Shown piece by piece: positions 7,782-11,736 of a stretch of DNA of 11,736 nucleotides. Below the pieces are notes generated by a model. The model searched no databases. It was given only the letters and a program-made list of their open reading frames with translations, and was not told where the DNA came from. A program made the translations under genes and the position numbers. Numbering within the stretch: position 1 is the first letter of the stretch; every line of letters begins with the position of its first letter. The DNA is taken from contig CAZJQC010000034.1 of NCBI GenBank assembly GCA_964548195.1, positions 1 to 11,736 on the forward strand, read 5' to 3'. The stretch is from an uncultured bacterium (GTDB lineage Bacteria; Macinerneyibacteriota; Macinerneyibacteria; Macinerneyibacteriales; DSCS01).

Positions 7782-8930
7782 ATGAAAAAATTGTTGTCTG
7801 TCATTATGCTGTGTTTAGCGGTTTGCTGGTCAGTTTCCGCTGCGGAAACAAGTCTCAAAGGCGAGATGAGGACCCGTATGACATGGGCCACCGATACTGA
7901 CGAACTTGGCCTTGAAGGCGCCGATTCCTTCAGCAAGATCGATTCCAGGGTGCGTCTTTATATGAATTCTGCCTACAGTGATGATCTCGCTTTCACATTG
8001 GGGCTGGAAATCGGCGATTTTGACTGGGGGCGTGACGGCCATAACCACGACGAAAAAATTGTGGAAGTAAAACATGCATACATTGATTTTCATCCCGTAT
8101 CCATGGATTACATGACAGTGCGCATGGGGCTTCAGGGATACAAGGACGGATTTCATCAGGCCGTATTTGACGAGGATGTGACGGCCATCATGCTGATGGC
8201 GGATTTCGGATCAGTCAGCACAAAAGGCGGTGTCATGGTCTACTCGGACGACGATGCAAAGGGCTCAACGCACGAGTCAAGGACGATAGGGCTGATGGAC
8301 ATCGAAAAGGAAAGCGGAAATACAGTCCTTAAGGGGATATTGCTTTACGACGCCCATAGAAATGAATACAATACCATGTATGTAGGTGCCGGCGCGGATG
8401 TGAAGATGGATCCGCTGGATCTGGGCGCCCAGCTCATATACATGAGCGCTTCATCCGGCAATGACGCGCTTGACGACCTGAGCGGCATGTTCGCATACGC
8501 TTACGGAAAATATAACAGCGGGAAACTGGGGCTGAAACTGAACTTTGGCTACGCCCCCGCCGATGAGGACAGCATGTATTACGGCATAGAGGAATATGCG
8601 GATGTCTACGGGCTGGAATATGCATACTCAGGACCGGTATATGACGGGGACAAAATACTGGGGACATACGGCGGCGAGACAGGCCAGATGGTCGTATCCA
8701 TTAACGCCAGCTACGACTGGCTTTATGCGAACCTTGGCATGATCAACGCCACCAACGACAATATGGACGAAAAAAGTATCGGCACGGAGATCGACCTCGG
8801 TGTAAAGACGGAACTTGCAGAGAACCTCTCATTCAATGCCGTTTATGCCATGTTCATGCCGGGCGATGCCTTTGGCGAAGATGACGAAACGGCACATGAA
8901 CTGTCGACTCAGATAAAATTCAAATTTTGA
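7782..8930 (+). CDS. Outer-membrane beta-barrel/porin-like protein, paralog 1 (Desulfovibrio homotrimeric porin/OmpJ-like)
   Basis: AGGAGG SD, signal peptide MKKLLSVIMLCLAVCWSVSA, and alternating amphipathic strands. Motifs LEIGDFDWG...VEVKHAYIDF...VRMGLQG...FDED recall deltaproteobacterial porins (from memory, not searched). Ends in C-terminal Phe (QIKFKF), typical of a BAM signal. Confidence 0.8.
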   Translation: MKKLLSVIMLCLAVCWSVSAAETSLKGEMRTRMTWATDTDELGLEGADSFSKIDSRVRLYMNSAYSDDLAFTLGLEIGDFDWGRDGHNHDEKIVEVKHAYIDFHPVSMDYMTVRMGLQGYKDGFHQAVFDEDVTAIMLMADFGSVSTKGGVMVYSDDDAKGSTHESRTIGLMDIEKESGNTVLKGILLYDAHRNEYNTMYVGAGADVKMDPLDLGAQLIYMSASSGNDALDDLSGMFAYAYGKYNSGKLGLKLNFGYAPADEDSMYYGIEEYADVYGLEYAYSGPVYDGDKILGTYGGETGQMVVSINASYDWLYANLGMINATNDNMDEKSIGTEIDLGVKTELAENLSFNAVYAMFMPGDAFGEDDETAHELSTQIKFKF

Positions 8931-8969
8931 CGCCGGAATAGCAGCGTATATTCCGAAAAAAAACGTATT

Positions 8970-9000
8970 AAAGGGAGACTTCAGTCTCCCTTTTCTGTTT
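8970..9000 (+). terminator. Rho-independent terminator after porin paralog 1
   Basis: Stem AAAGGGAGAC / loop TTCA / GTCTCCCTTT, followed by TCTGTTT. Confidence 0.88.
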
Positions 9001-9033
9001 AACATTTTATTTCTGTAAATTGCTCCGCCTTGA

Positions 9034-9061
9034 TTGTTATTTTTGTAAAAAATGCTATTAT
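9034..9061 (+). promoter_or_regulatory. Putative promoter for porin paralog 2
   Basis: TTGTTA (9034-9039), 16 nt, TATTAT (9056-9061), with extended -10 TG at 9053-9054. Lies after the terminator and before AAGGAGG. Confidence 0.5.
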
Positions 9062-9087
9062 TTAACTACCATAAAGGAGGCTGGTGC

Positions 9088-10323
9088 ATGAAAAAAGTAT
9101 TTGTTTTTATCTTATTGGCTCTGATGCCTGTCGCGGCGTTTTCGACCGACTTTGATTTTTCCGGCATGGCGAGAGTCAGGACATCTCAGCAGACAGTGCT
9201 GGACCTGTATAATATCGGGGGCGGCCTCGCGGGCGATCCTGGAGACATCGTCACATGGAGCGACTACAGGTTCCAGTTGTTTACCAAGGCGACCCTAAGC
9301 GATCAGCTCAGCATGGTCTGGGGTATCGAAGTAAACGGAATATGGGGGGACGAGGAACAGAACAGGGATGAAGTAGATCTGATGACGAAGCATCTCTACA
9401 TGGACCTCACACCGGATTTTGCAGATTTTCTGAATATCAGGGTAGGGCTTCAGCCCTATGCCGACATCTTTCAGGGCGCAATCTTTGACGAGGATGCCGC
9501 GGGCATCATGGTCATGCCCGAGATCGGCGGCATGGATCTTTCGCTGGGTTATTTTGTGTTTAACTCCCGGGACATAGCAGGAGTGGATGACATATTTTTC
9601 ACGCTTGACGCTTCCAGGACATGGGACGCCTTCACGCTTAAAGGCGAGATCCTGTATGACAAGCTTCCATACGGCATTGCTCATGCGTCTTTGTACGCGG
9701 GGATGACTGCCGAATATGACATGACTGACATCTCACTGGGCGGCCATTTTGTCTATTTCACCCAGTTTTTCAATGATGATGATCTGCCGCCGGGGGTGGA
9801 TATCTCAGCGGGCGGCTATTTCGCATATCTATGGGGAAGTTATGACATCAATGAGAAGGCCTTCATAAAGCTGCATCTCTCCCACACCCCCTCAGAATGG
9901 GATATCGCCCCTGACTCTCTTGAAGCAAGGTCATTCTGGGGGATACAGCCCTATTTCAATCCCTACGGGCTCGAGTATCTTTTCCCCGGCTCCGTGGTGG
10001 ATTTTCCCATTGAAGGCAATGTCATCAATGAATCCGGCGAATACATGGTTCCGTCGGGATTCACCGTACTCGCCTTCAATGCCGTTTACGACATGTTTTA
10101 TTTCAATGCGGGCCATCTCTTCTGGAATATCCCCGAGGACTTTCTTGATGTCGACAATAATTTCGGCACAGAGTTCGACCTGGGCGCGAAGCTGACCATG
10201 ACCGAAGGGCTTCAATTCGATATCGTGTACGCGATGTTCCTGCCGGGGAGATCTTTTGATACATTCGGAATTGACAAAAAAACCGCTCACGAAATATCCG
10301 CAAAACTTGAATACACATTCTGA
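9088..10323 (+). CDS. Outer-membrane beta-barrel/porin-like protein, paralog 2 (411 aa)
   Basis: Start reassigned to ATG 9088 (AGGAGG at 9075-9080). Signal peptide MKKVFVFILLALMPVAAFS. Shares motifs KHLY.D, RVGLQ, FDED, YGLEY, GTE.DLG, VYAMF.PG and TAHE.S with its neighbours. Ends LEYTF. Confidence 0.82.
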   Translation: MKKVFVFILLALMPVAAFSTDFDFSGMARVRTSQQTVLDLYNIGGGLAGDPGDIVTWSDYRFQLFTKATLSDQLSMVWGIEVNGIWGDEEQNRDEVDLMTKHLYMDLTPDFADFLNIRVGLQPYADIFQGAIFDEDAAGIMVMPEIGGMDLSLGYFVFNSRDIAGVDDIFFTLDASRTWDAFTLKGEILYDKLPYGIAHASLYAGMTAEYDMTDISLGGHFVYFTQFFNDDDLPPGVDISAGGYFAYLWGSYDINEKAFIKLHLSHTPSEWDIAPDSLEARSFWGIQPYFNPYGLEYLFPGSVVDFPIEGNVINESGEYMVPSGFTVLAFNAVYDMFYFNAGHLFWNIPEDFLDVDNNFGTEFDLGAKLTMTEGLQFDIVYAMFLPGRSFDTFGIDKKTAHEISAKLEYTF

Positions 10324-10331
10324 TTTTTACA

Positions 10332-10364
10332 AAGGGGCGGTTAAAACCGCCCCTTCTGTTTTTT
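10332..10364 (+). terminator. Rho-independent terminator after porin paralog 2
   Basis: Inverted repeat AAGGGGCGGTT (10332-10342) / AACCGCCCCTT (10345-10355), followed by CTGTTTTTT. Confidence 0.88.
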
Positions 10365-10437
10365 CCCTTATTTTCAGGCTTTCATCGCGCTTTTTTGTTT
10401 AATTTCACGCATGAAAAATCCTAAAATACTCGGTGCC

Positions 10438-10465
10438 TTGAAAACAAGCTGAAAACAAATATAAT
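10438..10465 (+). promoter_or_regulatory. Sigma70-type promoter for porin paralog 3, overlapped by a 9-bp direct repeat
   Basis: TTGAAA (10438-10443), 16 nt, TATAAT (10460-10465). TGAAAACAA occurs at 10439-10447 and 10450-10458. Confidence 0.7.
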
Positions 10466-10497
10466 ACATTATAGGTTTTATCATAAGGAGGTTGCGT

Positions 10498-11730
10498 ATG
10501 AAGAAACTTATTATCTTGCTTCTGTGCCTGATCCCTTTTGCGGCACAGGCCGTCGAGCTTGACTGGACGGGTATGTTCAGGACCAGGACAGCTGATATTA
10601 CGGGGTCTTATTGGTACAATGTCGGATCGGAAGATCCGGATGTGATGACCATGACAGACTACAGGCTCAGGCTTTTCACGAATGCCGTGTTCAGCGAGAA
10701 CCTGAAAGCGGTATGGGGTATTGAAGTAAACGGCACATGGGGGGACGGGGATCAGAACAGGGATGAAATAAGCGTACAGACCAAGCATCTGTATCTTGAT
10801 TTCACGCCTGACATGGCCGACTGGCTGAACGTGAGGGTGGGCCTTCAGGGCTACAGGGATCCTTTCGGCGGAGCCATCTTTGACGAAGACGCTGCCGGCA
10901 TATTCTTTATGCCCAAGTTTGAATCGGTCGACATGACGCTTGGATGGTATCAGTTTGATAACCAGGACGTCACAGGTCACAGGGACAACATGTATGTTAT
11001 ACAGGCCGGCAAGGATTTTGACTCCTTCAAACTCGGCACGGCTATCCTGTATGACAAGGGCTGGATGTACCCCGGCGCATTGGCGGAGGCGATGTATGAG
11101 ATGATCATGCTTATGCCCCAGGAGTTTGATGTGATCTGGGCGGGCCTGTACGGCAGCTATATGACGGAAAACATGGAACTCGGCGGACATTTTGTATACA
11201 ACTCGGCAAAATGGACCGCATTTTTCGGCAGCTCTGATTCGGATTTCACCGGATGGTTCGCCTATCTGTACGGAAAATATAATATGAACGACAAACTTTC
11301 TATGAAGCTGAATTTCGGATACACACCCGGCAGCGACTATGACGAATACGAATACAATCAATTCGTATCCGTAAAGCCCTATGCCGATCTGTACGGACTT
11401 GAATATTTCTATCCCGGCGCTGTTTATGATGGGATGAGCATGTTCAACGGTTACGGAGACTGGACAGGCCAGATGGTATTGGCTGCGAACATATGGTATG
11501 ACATGTTCTATCTCAACGCGGGCATGATCAGAGCCACATTCACAGATGAAGACTATGATCCGCGGAACATAGGCACCGAAATAGACCTGGGATTCAAATA
11601 TCCCGTCACGGACGGACTTGAACTGTGCGGCGTTTACGCCATGTTCCTGCCCGGCGATTTTGTTGAGGATATGTTCGGCAACAACGACACGGCTCACGAG
11701 CTCTCATTGAAACTGCAGTACGATTTTTGA
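10498..11730 (+). CDS. Outer-membrane beta-barrel/porin-like protein, paralog 3 (410 aa)
   Basis: ATG 10498 with AGGAGG at 10486-10491. Signal peptide MKKLIILLLCLIPFAAQA. Same conserved motifs as paralogs 1 and 2. Ends LQYDF (aromatic-X-Phe). Confidence 0.83.
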   Translation: MKKLIILLLCLIPFAAQAVELDWTGMFRTRTADITGSYWYNVGSEDPDVMTMTDYRLRLFTNAVFSENLKAVWGIEVNGTWGDGDQNRDEISVQTKHLYLDFTPDMADWLNVRVGLQGYRDPFGGAIFDEDAAGIFFMPKFESVDMTLGWYQFDNQDVTGHRDNMYVIQAGKDFDSFKLGTAILYDKGWMYPGALAEAMYEMIMLMPQEFDVIWAGLYGSYMTENMELGGHFVYNSAKWTAFFGSSDSDFTGWFAYLYGKYNMNDKLSMKLNFGYTPGSDYDEYEYNQFVSVKPYADLYGLEYFYPGAVYDGMSMFNGYGDWTGQMVLAANIWYDMFYLNAGMIRATFTDEDYDPRNIGTEIDLGFKYPVTDGLELCGVYAMFLPGDFVEDMFGNNDTAHELSLKLQYDF

Positions 11731-11736
11731 TCCGGG

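Noticed and set aside
9052..9087. Upstream start for paralog 2 in the track
   Set aside because: The SD and MKK signal peptide support ATG 9088. The extension covers the -10 box and SD.
10405..11697. 430-aa antisense ORF spanning porin paralog 3
   Set aside because: It is in codon register with the sense gene, so it stays open simply because that gene avoids TTA/CTA/TCA codons. No recognisable motifs.
7782..11730. Porin repeats as a diversity-generating retroelement, invertible cassette or CRISPR-like array
   Set aside because: No reverse transcriptase or recombinase in the window, no long near-identical repeat pair differing only at adenines, and no regularly spaced repeats. All three copies are intact with their own RBS.

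Overview
Bacterial chromosomal window, probably from a diderm organism since it encodes outer-membrane beta-barrel-like proteins. No mobile elements, RNA genes or CRISPR arrays were seen. The left arm (minus strand) runs TPR-protein gene -> uvrB -> nadC -> dnaG -> rpoD. rpoD starts at a TTG at 1120, runs off the left edge and is missing from the ORF track. The right arm (plus strand) runs exported hypothetical protein -> murB -> three tandem paralogous porin-like genes (Desulfovibrio porin/Geobacter OmpJ-like). Copies 1 and 2 are followed by intrinsic terminators, and copies 2 and 3 have their own predicted promoters. The most notable signals are: (1) a perfect 10-bp inverted repeat TGACGATGTT-N5-AACATCGTCA lying over the -35 box of a near-consensus promoter for the TPR-uvrB-nadC operon, a candidate unfamiliar SOS-like operator; (2) the porin triplet, which shows patchwork similarity between copies, different upstream motifs and a Met-rich loop unique to copy 3; (3) a probable leaderless transcript for the hypothetical-murB unit.
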